DNA of 64,000 nucleotides from Macrostomum lignano (Eukaryota), in assembly GCA_002269645.1 (NCBI GenBank), contig NIVC01000625.1:186001-250000 (forward strand). The letters are read 5' to 3'. Position numbers and translations under genes: made by a program. This document shows, piece by piece, positions 12,973 through 27,235 of the stretch (within the stretch, counting starts at the first letter, position 1; every line of letters starts with the position of its first letter). The notes under the pieces are model-generated. The model made no database searches. It saw nothing but the letters and a program-made list of their open reading frames with translations, and had not been told where the DNA came from.

Positions 12973-13384
12973 CCCCGCACGGCATAGCAGTATGCATTCT
13001 GTTGTACTATGGACAAGCCCACTGCACAGTGCGGATTTGAACCCGCCCATCCCGCGGTGCCATCGCACTTGAACTCGGCGCATTCCCATCAGCAGACTGC
13101 ATGCTATAGCGGAGTGATCCAGTGGTCTGAATAATTACAATGATGCAGAGCTGAGAAGCTGGGATCGGTAGCGGCGCTCCGATGCGAGTGGCAGCTCCCC
13201 AAAACTCCTGCTGCAGTTTTCCTGTAGACTGCGAAAATAGAAATTTCAGTTGAGGGCACTTCTGCAGAGTGGGTACTGGGCTCATTAATAATTAATTAGC
13301 AGTTGGCATCACGCCTCGGATATGAATGGGGGTCATTTTAATGCTTGTGTTGTCTTGCTGAGAAACAGCCTAAAGCTGAGACCA

Positions 13385-15080
13385 CTCTATTCCTGCATCC
13401 ATGATAGGCTAGATTAGCAATCCATTCTATTCCTGCACCCATGATAGGCTAGATTAGCAATCCATTCTATTCCTGCACCCATGATAGGCTAGATTAGCAA
13501 TCCATTCTATTCCTGCATCCATGATAGGCTAGATTAGCAATCAATTCTATTCCTGCACCCATGATAGGCTAGATTAGCAATCCATTCTATTCCTGCACCC
13601 ATGATAGGCTAGATTAGCAATCCATTCTATTCCTGCACCCATGATAGGCTAGATTAGCAATCCATTCTATTCCTGCACCCATGATAGGCTAGATTAGCAA
13701 TCCATTCTATTCCTGCACCCATGATAGGCTAGATTAGCAATCCATTCTATTCCTGCACCCATGATAGGCTAGATTAGCAATCCATTCTATTCCTGCACCC
13801 ATGATAGGCTAGATTAGCAATCCATTCTATTCCTGCATTCATGATAGGCTAGATTAGCAATCCATTCTATTCCTGCATCCATGATAGGCTAGATTAGCAA
13901 TCCATTCTATTCCTGCATTCATGATAGGCTAGATTAGCAATCCATTCTATTCCTGCACCCATGATAGGCTAGATTAGCAATCCATTCTATTCCTGCATCC
14001 ATGATAGGCTAGATTAGCAATCCATTCTATTCCTGCATTCATGATAGGCTAGATTAGCAATCCATTCTATTCCTGCACCCATGATAGGCTAGATTAGCAA
14101 TCCATTCTATTTCTGCATTCATGATAGGCTAGATTAGCAATCCATTCTATTCCTGCACCCATGATAGGCTAGATTAGCAATCCATTCTATTCCTGCATTC
14201 ATGATAGGCTAGATTAGCAATCCATTCTATTCCTGCACCCATGATAGGCTAGATTAGCAATCCATTCTATTCCTGCACCCATGATAGGCTAGATTAGCAA
14301 TCCATTCTATTCCTGCATTCATGATAGGCTAGATTAGCAATCCATTCTATTCCTGCACCCATGATAGGCTAGATTAGCAATCCATTCTATTCCTGCATCC
14401 ATGATAGGCTAGATTAGCAATCCATTCTATTCCTGCATTCATGATAGGCTAGATTAGCAATCCATTCTATTCCTGCACCCATGATAGGCTAGATTAGCAA
14501 TCCATTCTATTTCTGCATTCATGATAGGCTAGATTAGCAATCCATTCTATTCCTGCACCCATGATAGGCTAGATTAGCAATCCATTCTATTCCTGCATTC
14601 ATGATAGGCTAGATTAGCAATCCATTCTATTCCTGCACCCATGATAGGCTAGATTAGCAATCCATTCTATTCCTGCACCCATGATAGGCTAGATTAGCAA
14701 TCCATTCTGTTCCTGCACCCATGATAGGCTAGATTAGCAATCCATTCTATTCCTGCATCCATGATAGGCTAGATTAGCAATCAATTCTATTCCTGCACCC
14801 ATGATAGGCTAGATTAGCAATCCATTCTATTCCTGCATCCATGATAGGCTAGATTAGCAATCCATTCTATTCCTGCACCCATGATAGGCTAGATTAGCAA
14901 TCCATTCTATTCCTGCATCCATGATGGGCTAGATTAGCAATCCATTCTATTTCTGCACCCATGATAGGCTAGATTAGCAATCCATTCTATTCCTGCACCC
15001 ATGATAGGCTAGATTAGCAATCCATTCTATTCCTGCACCCATGATAGGCTAGATTAGCAATCCATTCTATTCCTGCACCC
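13385..15080. repeat. 40-bp minisatellite (tccattctattcctgcacccatgataggctagattagcaa), about 42 copies
   Basis: Highly homogeneous tandem units. Confidence 0.97.
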
Positions 15081-15156
15081 AATAATACACCCATAAAAAT
15101 CTGAGTGACAAGACCAAAATCTGAGTGACAAGACTCAAACCCAGCAAGCCGCTTAC

Positions 15157-15298
15157 CTTGCTTGTCGCGCACAACTCCAAGATGCGGTCTCAGTTTTCTG
15201 CCTCGAACCGGGGCAGCCGAATATTCAGTCCCAGGCATCGCCCAGACCAAATCCTGCCGCCTCAGCCACTGGCCGCAGCGGCTCAGCCAATCACGTGA
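15157..15298 (-). promoter_or_regulatory. Putative promoter and 5'-UTR exon of M13-like copy 1
   Basis: Minus-strand donor CAAG|gtaagc at 15157/15156. About 130 bp upstream lie CCAAT (15287) and the E-box TCACGTGA (15291-15298) in a CpG-rich patch. Confidence 0.45.
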
Positions 15299-15577
15299 CC
15301 GCGCCCCGATCTCCGCGGCAGGAATACCAGCCCGCAAACAATAAATTACTGCCGGTCAATTGGGCGGCCTGGCAATTATTGGCCAGAGAGGCTTTTAGCA
15401 TTTTCAATGGATCCAGCGGACTGCACCACCCCCTGTTCCGGTGTAGCAACGTTATGGAACCTGCACTTTTGCTTTATGTCCCCAGCTTTGCTGACGGAAA
15501 AATGCTTTCACCTGCGGATGCCGGACCCCAACTAATTCTCGGAGCATTTGAAATTTCACTGAGTGGGATTATTTAGT

Positions 15578-15690
15578 TCTGAGTGAGGACTGTTCAGGTC
15601 TGAGTGGGGATTCCTCAGCTCTGAGTGGGGACTGTTCAGTTCTGAGTGGGGACTGTTCAGTTCTGAGTGGGGACTGTTCAGCTCTGAGTG
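15578..15690. repeat. 21-bp minisatellite (ctgagtggggactgttcagct), about 5 copies, truncated at the duplication junction
   Basis: Runs directly into (GACA)n at 15690/15691. Confidence 0.9.
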
Positions 15691-15962
<272 letters not shown>

Positions 15963-16564
15963 GGCTTATGGAATAGACAGACAAAGAGCTACACAGCTCA
16001 GTGTGAGCTAGACAAACAGTTAAAAACTTTGAATCTCAACGACTATTCCTCAAGATCTCACCAATGTTAGTCAGGAAGATAATTCATTGGATTGAGCATC
16101 GTCGAGTGGCTACAGCGACTTCCAGCCTGTCCGTCTTCGCCGCAGGTCACGCAGCCTCAGAATCGACGCCACTGCTGTGACCCGAGCAGCTCTGATTCCA
16201 AGAAACAGCTCTCAGCGCTTGAAATCGAGCGAAGCAATCGATGTGAGCTGGCTACTGTTTTAGCACGCTTCTCTATCCACTTGCCTGGCATCGATCAGTC
16301 GCTTCCAACAATTGATGGACACCCCAAACCGCCTGTAAGTCAGATTTCTGCGCACTCAACCTGAGCTCAGCAGACCCTCAGGCTTCAGCCTTCGGACCCC
16401 AGCGCTATGCTCAGACTCGGCAGGAGTAAACTCAAATGCAGCAGTGCCAGTCTATTTACAATGCGAAATGTTCTGTCAGCTCAGCAAAAGCGAATTCAAA
16501 CTTTTTACAGGAAAATATGTAAAAAGTTTCTAGAGAACTACTATGCAAGCAGATGACCCGGTTG

Positions 16565-17875
16565 CTATGGAAACCGGCACATCGCTGAAGCCTCCCTTCC
16601 GCCGATCCAGTCCGGGCAGTCGAAGGCGCGGCGGAACTCGATCAGGCCGGCCAGCGCCGCCTGCAGCACCGGCGCGCCATCGTCCGCGCCTTCGCCGTCT
16701 GGCGAGCACAGCGACTGCGCCCAGTTGACGAAGAACAGTCGCAGCCGCATCTCCACGGAGGCGCCGCCGTCTGACGCCGGCGTCGATGCGACATCGGCAC
16801 CCAGCACTGCCAGGGCAGCTAGCAGGCCGACGCGTCGGGCAACGAGAGTGCCGACCAACCTGGCCGGACTGGCGGGCGGCAGAAGACCGGCAAAGCAGCG
16901 GTAGGCCTCCCCTGCCGCCTGCGCGCTCTTGGTGGAGTACACGCCGTCCAAGTTGGACGTCGGCGCCACAGCCCCGGCGAACAGGGACTCGGCGAGGCGC
17001 GCCCCGGCGAACGACAGCAGCGCCTCGGCCGGGTATCCCGCGTGCAGCAGCGGTGGCCGCATGACCACCGGCGGCACCAGCACAGAGGCGTCGGCCGAGC
17101 GGAAACGAATTTCGCCGGCCACAGGCGCACCGGCTGGCGGGTCCAGACGGAGGCCGAGGCCGGCCAGGCGGGCCAGCATGGCCAGTCGCGTGTGGCCGCT
17201 CAGGCGCGGCGCGGCCGCGTGCACCGCCGCCGCCAGCCGGCCGGACACGGCTTCAAAGACTCCGGACAGGCGGGCCCGCAGCACCAGGTTCAGCAGGGCT
17301 GCCGATGACTGGTGCGGCCTGCCGAAGTCCTCGACTTCTTGCTCAGCGGCGATCGCCGCCAGGCTGCGGTTGCCCAGCCGGCCGCAGGCGAAGGCGCGGA
17401 AGTCGCGGCAGGGGTCGGCGCTGACGTTGGCAACGGCGCGCAGACGTTTGAGGAGGCGGCGCCGCTCCGCTGCGAAGGCGACCTCGGAGTCGGCGGCGGC
17501 TGGGATCAGCGGCGGCGAAGCATCAGCGGCGGTGGCAGCGGCGGAGGCCATCGAGGTGGGCCGAGCGCCGGGGGCGGCAGCGGGCCGGGCGCTGGCGGCG
17601 AGGTGCAGCCCCAGCAGGACGGCGCCGACGGCGAGCAGCGAGCCGGCGACGCAGCAGAGGCCGACGCTGAGGCCCAGAAGCGGCAGGCAGGTGGCGGGTG
17701 TCGCCGTCCGACGAGGATCTCGCCGCTCCTCAAAGTTAGCGCCGTCGGTCTCAGCGACGCCACTCCGGCTGAACTGGCGTTGAACCTGTGGCTGGCGGCC
17801 CGCCTGCGCCGCTGGAGAGGCGGTGGCTCCAACGGCGGTGACGGCTGCGTCCGGGTTGTGCAGAACCAGAGGAGT
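16565..17875 (-). CDS. Neprilysin/M13-like inactive type II membrane protein, copy 2, last exon (intact frame)
   Basis: cctgcag acceptor, then TPLVLH..., TM segment LPLLGLSVGLCCVAGSLLAVGAVLLGLHLAA, then M13 signatures ADPCRDFRAFACG (= DPCxDFYxFACG), VLVPPVVMRPP (= IVFPAGILQPP), LFFVNWAQSLC and EFRRAFDC...C. Confidence 0.85.
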   Translation of the reverse strand, partial: TPLVLHNPDAAVTAVGATASPAAQAGRQPQVQRQFSRSGVAETDGANFEERRDPRRTATPATCLPLLGLSVGLCCVAGSLLAVGAVLLGLHLAASARPAAAPGARPTSMASAAATAADASPPLIPAAADSEVAFAAERRRLLKRLRAVANVSADPCRDFRAFACGRLGNRSLAAIAAEQEVEDFGRPHQSSAALLNLVLRARLSGVFEAVSGRLAAAVHAAAPRLSGHTRLAMLARLAGLGLRLDPPAGAPVAGEIRFRSADASVLVPPVVMRPPLLHAGYPAEALLSFAGARLAESLFAGAVAPTSNLDGVYSTKSAQAAGEAYRCFAGLLPPASPARLVGTLVARRVGLLAALAVLGADVASTPASDGGASVEMRLRLFFVNWAQSLCSPDGEGADDGAPVLQAALAGLIEFRRAFDCPDWIGGREASAMCRFP

Positions 17876-17927
17876 CTGCAGGAAAGGAAACGGTGCTTCA
17901 GCTGTTCAACTGGTGCGAAAAGAGAAT

Positions 17928-18271
17928 GAGAGGAGAGGAGAGGAGACTAGAGGGGATGAGAGGAGAGAAGAGAGGAGAGGAGAGGAGATAAGAGGAGATC
18001 AAGGGAGAGAGGAGATGAGAGGAGATGAGAGGAGAGAGGAGAGGAGAGGAGAGGAGAGGAGAGGAGAGAGGAGAGGAGAGGAGAGGAGGGGAGAGGAGAG
18101 GAGAGGAGAGGAGAGGAGAGGAGAGGAGAGGAGAGGAGAGGAGAGGAGAGGAGAGGAGAGGAGAGGAGAGGAGAGGAGAGGAGAGGAGAGGAGAGGAGAG
18201 GAGAGGAGAGGAGAGGAGAGGAGAGGAGAGGAGAGGAGAGGAGAGGAGAGGAGAGGAGAGGAGAGAGGAGA
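17928..18271. repeat. (GAGAG)n tract in the M13-like intron, copy 2
   Basis: About 0.34 kb polypurine tract. Confidence 0.97.
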
Positions 18272-18310
18272 GCAAGTTGAGCAGAAGGCTGCCTCAAGTG
18301 GGAGCCTCAC

Positions 18311-18679
18311 AGAGCAGCGCTCCTGGTCGTGGAGCCGCAGGGTGCCGTGGCGGTAGGTAGCAGGGGGCGGCCCGAGCGGCAGCAGCACGTACGAGTTGCT
18401 GCAGTTTCCGCCGCCGCTGCCGCCACCGCCGCCGCTGTCGCCGCTCAGCTGCCGCCGCCAGCGGTGTGCGGAGTCGCCAAAAGTCGTCGAGGTGGCCGAC
18501 GCTCCAATCGGCGTTGATGGGAACCGTTGCAGCGGCTTGGCGACGCGGTTTGGCGACCACTGGCAGCAGGCGGTGGCGGCGGCCTCGGCGTCTGCCGCTA
18601 AGACGGCCGCGTCTGCCTCGATCGGGAAGGACCGAGAGACGTCCAGGGCGCGGCACTCGGGGCAACAGCAGGACGACAT
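18311..18679 (-). CDS. M13-like protein copy 2, first coding exon; joined protein about 559 aa
   Basis: ATG at 18679, phase-0 donor TCT|gtgagg matches the phase-0 acceptor at 17876. Confidence 0.72.
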
Positions 18680-18747
18680 TGTCTCTCACGACGTCTGATA
18701 GCTGGGCATGCGGATGAGTAAGTTATGGTTCTGGTTATTTATTTAAT

Positions 18748-19027
18748 GCCCAGCAACCAACAGATTTATCCCCAGCAGCTCAGTAGATTTATCCCAAGCA
18801 ACCAGCAGATTTATCCCCAGCAGCCAGCAGATTTATCCCCAGAAACCAACAGATTTATCCCCAGCAACCAGCAGATTTATCCCCAGCAGCCAGCAGATTT
18901 ATCCCCAGCAGCCAGCAGATTTATCCCCAGCAGCCAGCAGATTTATCCCAAGCAACCAGCAGATTTATCCCCAGCAACCAGCAGATTTATCCCCTGCAAC
19001 CAGCAGATTTATCCCCAGCAACCAGCA
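18748..19027. repeat. 22-bp minisatellite, copy 2, about 13 units
   Basis: Same unit as 12427-12972. Confidence 0.92.
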
Positions 19028-19440
19028 GCCCCGCACGGCATAGCAGTATGCATTCTGTTGTACTATGGACAAGCCCACTGCACAGTGCGGATTTGAACCC
19101 GCCCATCCCGCGGTGCCATCGCACTTGAACTCGGCGCATTCCCATCAGCAGACTGCATGCTATAGCGGAGTGATCCAGTGGTCTGAATAATTACAATGAT
19201 GCAGAGCTGGGAGGCTGGGATCGGTAGCGGCGCTCCGATGCGAGTGGCAGCTCCCCAAAACTCCTGCTGCAGTTTTCCTGTAGACTGCGAAAATAGAAAT
19301 TTCAGTTGAGGGCACTTCTGCAGAGTGGGTACTGGGCTCATTAATAATTAATTAGCAGTTGGCATCACGCCTCGGATATGAATGGGGGTCATTTTAATGC
19401 TTGTGTTGTCTTGCTGAGAAACAGCCTAAAGCTGAGACCA

Positions 19441-20376
19441 CTCTATTCCTGCACCCATGATAGGCTAGATTAGCAATCCATTCTATTCCTGCATTCATGA
19501 TAGGCTAGATTAGCAATCCATTCTATTCCTGCACCCATGATAGGCTAGATTAGCAATCCATTCTATTCCTGCACCCATGATAGGCTAGATAAGCAATCCA
19601 TTCTATTCCTGCATTCATGATAGGCTAGATTAGCAATCCATTCTATTCCTGCACCCATGATAGGCTAGATTAGCAATCCATTCTATTCCTGCACCCATGA
19701 TAGGCTAGATTAGCAATCCATTCTATTCCTGCACCCGTGATAGGCTAGATCAGCAATCCATTCTATTCCTGCACCCATGATAGGCTAGATTAGCAATCCA
19801 TTCTATTCCTGCACCCATGATAGGCTAGATAAGCAATCCATGCTATTCCTGCATTCATGATAGGCTAGATTAGCAATCCATTCTATTCCTGCACCCATGA
19901 TAGGCTAGATTAGCAATCCATTCTATTCCTGCACCCATGATAGGCTAGATTAGCAATCCATTCTATTCCTGCACCCATGATAGGCTAGATTAGCAATCCA
20001 TTCTATTCCTGCATACATGATAGGCTAGATTAGCAATCCATTCTATTCCTGCACCCATGATGGGCTAGATTAGCAATCCATTCTATTTCTGCACCCATGA
20101 TAGGCTAGATTAGCAATCCATTCTATTCCTGCATTCATGATAGGCTAGATTAGCAATCCATTCTATTCCTGCACCCATGATGGGCTAGATTAGCAATCCA
20201 TTCTATTTCTGCATCCATGATAGGCTAGATTAGCAATCCATTCTATTCCTGCACCCATGATGGGCTAGATTAGCAATCCATTCTATTCCTGCATCCATGA
20301 TAGGCTAGATTAGCAATCCATTCTATTCCTGCACCCATGATAGGCTAGATTAGCAATCCATTCTATTCCTGCACCC
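19441..20376. repeat. 40-bp minisatellite, copy 2, about 23 units
   Basis: Same unit as 13385-15080. Confidence 0.97.
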
Positions 20377-20452
20377 AATAATACACCCATAAAAATCTGA
20401 GTGACAAGACCAAAATCTGAGTGACAAGACTCAAACCCAGCAAGCCGCTTAC

Positions 20453-20594
20453 CTTGCTTGTCGCGCACAACTCCAAGATGCGGTCTCAGTTTTCTGCCTC
20501 GAACCGGGGCAGCCGAATATTCAGTCCCAGGCATCGCCCAGACCAAATCCTGCCGCCTCAGCCACTGGCCGCAGCGGCTCAGCCAATCACGTGA
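20453..20594 (-). promoter_or_regulatory. Putative promoter and 5'-UTR exon of M13-like copy 2
   Basis: Donor CAAG|gtaagc at 20453/20452, and CCAATCACGTGA at 20583-20594. Confidence 0.45.
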
Positions 20595-20874
20595 CCGCGC
20601 CCCGATCTCCGCGGCAGGAATACCAGCCCGCAAACAATAAATTACTGCCGGCCAATTGGGCGGCCTGGCAATTATTGGCCAGAGAGGCTTTTAGCATTTT
20701 CAATGGATCCAGCGGACTGCACCACCCCCTGTTCCGGGGTCGCAACGTTATGGAACCTGCACTTTTGCTTTATGTCCCCAGCTTTGCTGACGGAAAAATG
20801 CCTTCACCTGCGGATTCCGGACCCCAACTAATTCTGAGAGCATTTGAAATTTCACTGAGTGGGATTATTTAGTT

Positions 20875-21385
20875 CTGAGTGAGGATTGTTCAGGTCTGAG
20901 TGGGGATTCCTCAGCTCTGAGTGGGGACTGTTCAGCTCTGAGTGGGGACTGTTCAGCTCTGAGTGGGGACTGTTCAGCTCTGAGTTGGGACTGTTCAGCT
21001 CTGAGTGGGGACTGTTCAGCTCTGAGTGGGGACTGTTCAGCTCTGAGTTGGGACTGTTCAGCTCTGAGTGGGGATTCCTCAGCTCTGAGTGGGGACTGTT
21101 CAGCTCTGAGTGGGGACTGTTCAGCTCTGAGTGGGGATTGTTCAGCTCTGAGTGGGGATGCCTCAGCTCTGATTGGGGACTGTTCAGCTATGATTGGGGA
21201 TTGTTCAGCTCTGAGTAAGGGTTGTTCAGCTCTGAGTGGGAATTGTTCAGCTCTGAGTGAGGACCGTTCAGCTCTGAGTGATATTCCTACGCTCTAGGCG
21301 AGGATTGTTCAGCTCTGAGTGGGGATTTTTCAGCTCTGAGTGGGGATTGTTCAGTTCTGAGTGGGGATTCCTCATCTCAGAGTGG
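20875..21385. repeat. 21-bp minisatellite (ctgagtggggactgttcagct), about 24 copies, degenerating rightward
   Basis: Direct tandem units. Confidence 0.93.
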
Positions 21386-21744
21386 GGTTTTTAAATTTTA
21401 AAAGTCTGAATCTCGTGTGCTGCAGAAACAACAGAAGTCTCATTGTATTCATCAGAACTATAAGATTAATAAACTTAAGCAGGTGTTACAAGACGGGGTC
21501 ACCTTTCAGCATTACTTTCAGATTCAATTAGCCCTCTGTCGCGTTTCTCTAGGGAGGAATCTCAACTGCCTACTCGTCAAAGTCAACCCAGCAACCCACG
21601 CACTCGCGCTGCTGCTTTCTGCCCCCGATGAGACACCAGAGACTGGCTTGAGCTGGCTGTGGCTCAGCCGTGTGCAATCCGCAAGAATGCTGATCCTTTA
21701 ATGCACCCGGCCCCCGCTCTGCGGCAGGGAGAGTAGGACAAGCG

Positions 21745-24070
<2,326 letters not shown>

Positions 24071-24403
24071 CACAAACACAAACACAAAAGCGTGCTGTCA
24101 AGCACATCATTACTGTGTACATGCACGCTGGTATACACAATGGCAACTGGTGCGAATCTTCAGAGGCTGAATGTATGGCCAATGCGGGCCAGGCAGGCAG
24201 GCGGCAGGCAGGCCGCAGCCCGTATTGTCTACCCACCAGTCGGCGCAGCGCAGCTCCCATTGTCCATGGCGGCCGTCTTGCACGCACGCAGCACAATGGA
24301 ATCGCCACGCGCCCACCCCAATAGAGAGGCTTTCAATGAGAGTCCGGCTCTTTCGAAGCATCTCCGAAATTCTCCACTTGCTCAGTCCTTCGCGAGCAAT
24401 AGA

Positions 24404-24569
24404 ATGAGTCAGCTTGGTGCCCGGTCTCTGCTGCTGCTCAGCGGCCTGCTGGCGGCTCTGGCGGGTCCCGGCGACGCCCTGCTGGCGGCCATCTACAGGG
24501 GCGAGGAGGCCGGCACGGGGAGCCGCTTTTTAAGTGACCACGCGTTCTGCGTCAGGAGGAACAGAGTGG
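24404..24569 (+). CDS. AKR-fold protein, exon 1 (signal peptide)
   Basis: MSQLGARSLLLLSGLLAALAGPGDA... ends at GTG G|gtgagt, a phase-1 donor. Confidence 0.75.
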
Positions 24570-24583
24570 GTGAGTTTGGGACG

Positions 24584-25419
24584 GAGCAGTCAGGGATGAG
24601 CAGTCAGGGATGAGCAGTCAGGGATGAGCAGTCAGGGATGAGCAGTCAGGGATGAGCAGTCAGGGATGAGCAGTCAGGGATGAGCAGTCAGGGATGAGCA
24701 GTCAGGGATGAGCAGTCAGGGATGAGCAGTCAGGGATGAGCAGTCAGGGATGAGCAGTCAGGGATGAGCAGTCAGGGATGAGCAGTCAGGGATGAGCAGT
24801 CAGGGATGAGCAGTCAGGGATGAGCAGTCAGGGATGAGCAGTCAGGGATGAGCAGTCAGGGATGAGCAGTCAGGGATGAGCAGTCAGGGATGAGCAGTCA
24901 GGGATGAGCAGTCAGGGATGAGCAGTCAGGGATGAGCAGTCAGGGATGAGCAGTCAGGGATGAGCAGTCAGGGATGAGCAGTCAGGGATGAGCAGTCAGG
25001 GATGAGCAGTCAGGGATGAGCAGTCAGGGATGAGCAGTCAGGGATGAGCAGTCAGGGATGAGCAGTCAGGGATGAGCAGTCAGGGATGAGCAGTCAGGGA
25101 TGAGCAGTCAGGGATGAGCAGTCAGGGATGAGCAGTCAGGGATGAGCAGTCAGGGATGAGCAGTCAGGGATGAGCAGTCAGGGATGAGCAGTCAGGGATG
25201 AGCAGTCAGGGATGAGCAGTCAGGGATGAGCAGTCAGGGATGAGCAGTCAGGGATGAGCAGTCAGGGATGAGCAGTCAGGGATGAGCAGTCAGGGATGAG
25301 CAGTCAGGGATGAGCAGTCAGGGATGAGCAGTCAGGGATGAGCAGTCAGGGATGAGCAGTCAGGGATGAGCAGTCAGGGATGAGCAGTCAGGGATGAGCA
25401 GTCAGGGATGAGCAGTCAG
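24584..25419. repeat. 14-bp minisatellite (gagcagtcagggat), about 60 perfect copies, in the AKR-like intron
   Basis: Starts 14 bp after the donor; no variant units seen. Confidence 0.98.
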
Positions 25420-25651
25420 TTTAAACGCAAAGCCAGACTGAGAAGCAAGCAATTACCGTTGCTCGTACACTGCCTGAATCAGATTCACAGCAGAGCAACA
25501 GGGTCCAGCTGGGACAGGACTTTTATCAGATTAGGGACGTTTGCTCAGTGTCGGATTGCTTTCAATCAAAGGTCTCGAGATTTAAACTTGGAGGAGCTCC
25601 GCTAGTGAAAATCAGAATTGGACTGAATCCCAGTCATCAGGATCGTCTCTT

Positions 25652-27225
25652 CCACATGCCCCTTCCCCACAATCCTCTGGATCCCCTCTCCGACATGCCC
25701 CTTCCCCACAATCCTCTGGATCCCCTCTCCGACATGCCCCTTCCCCACAATCCTCTTTATCCCCTCTCCGACATGCCCCTTCCCCACAATCCTCTGGATC
25801 CCCTCTTCGACATGCCGCTTCCCCACAATCCTCTGGATCCCCTCTCCGACATGCCGCTTCCCCACAATCCTCTGGATCCCCTCTCCGACATGCCGCTTCC
25901 CCACAATCCTCTGGATCCCCTCTCCGACATGCCGCTTCCCCACAATCCTCTGGATCCCCTCTCCGACATGCCGCTTCCCCACAATCCTCTGGATCCCCTC
26001 TCCGACATGCCGCTTCCCCACAATCCTCTGGATCCCCTCTTCGACATGCCGCTTCCTCACAATCCTCTGGATCCCCTCTCCAACATGCCGCTTCCCCACA
26101 ATCCTCTGGATCCCCTCTCCGACATGCCGCTTCCCCACAATCCTCTGGATCCCCTCTCCGACATGCCGCTTCCCCACAATCCTCTGGATCCCCTCTCCGA
26201 CATGCCCCTTCCCCACAATCCTCTTTATCCCCTCTCCGACATGCCGCTTCCCCACAATCCTCTGGATCCCCTCTCCGACATGCCGCTTCCCCACAATCCT
26301 CTGGATCCCCTCTTCGACATGCCGCTTCCCCACAATCCTCTGGATCCCCTCTTCGACATGCCGCTTCCCCACAATCCTCTGGATCCCCTCTCTGACATGC
26401 CGCTTCCCCACAATCCTCTGGATCCCCTCTCCGACATGCCGCTTCCCCACAATCCTCTGGATCCCCTCTCCGACATGCCCCTTCCCCACAATCCTCTTTA
26501 TCCCCTCTCCGACATGCCGCTTCCCCACAATCCTCTGGATCCCCTCTCCGACATGCCCCTTCCCCACAATCCTCTGGATCCCCTCTTCGACATGCCGCTT
26601 CCCCACAATCCTCTGGATCCCCTCTCCGACATGCCGCTTCCCCACAATCCTCTGGATCCCCTCTCCGACATGCCGCTTCCCCACAATCCTCTGGATCCCC
26701 TCTCCGACATGCCGCTTCCCCACAATCCTCTGGATCCCCTCTCCGACATGCCGCTTCCCCACAATCCTCTGGATCCCCTCTCCGACATGCCGCTTCCCCA
26801 CAATCCTCTGGATCCCCTCTCCGACATGCCGCTTCCTCACAATCCTCTGGATCCCCTCTCCAACATGCCGCTTCCCCACAATCCTCTGGATCCCCTCTCC
26901 GACATGCCGCTTCCCCACAATCCTCTGGATCCCCTCTCCGACATGCCGCTTCCCCACAATCCTCTGGATCCCCTCTCCGACATGCTGCTTCCCCACAATC
27001 CTCTTTGGATCCCCTCTCCGACATGCTGCTTCCCCACAATCCTCTGGATCCCCTCTCCGACATGCTGCTTCCCCACAATCCTCTTTATCCCCTCTCCAAC
27101 ATGCCGCTTCCCCACAATCCTCTGGATCCCCTCTCCGACATGCTGCTTCCCCACAATCCTCTTTATCCCCTCTCCGACATGCCGCTTCCCCACAATCCTC
27201 TTTATCCCCTTTCCGACATGCCGCT
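25652..27225. repeat. 39-bp minisatellite (gacatgccgcttccccacaatcctctggatcccctctcc), about 40 copies, in the AKR-like intron
   Basis: Runs to within about 10 bp of the acceptor. Confidence 0.97.
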
Positions 27226-27235
27226 AATCCCGCAG

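Noticed and set aside
13385-15080. Regular 40-bp repeats (and the 37-bp array at 33.5 kb) resembling CRISPR arrays
   Set aside because: The units are contiguous with no unique spacers, there are no cas genes, and the context is eukaryotic.
25548-27227. 559-aa DMPLPHNPLDPLS ORF and antisense ORFs
   Set aside because: A 39-bp array lying inside the GT-AG intron of the AKR-like gene.
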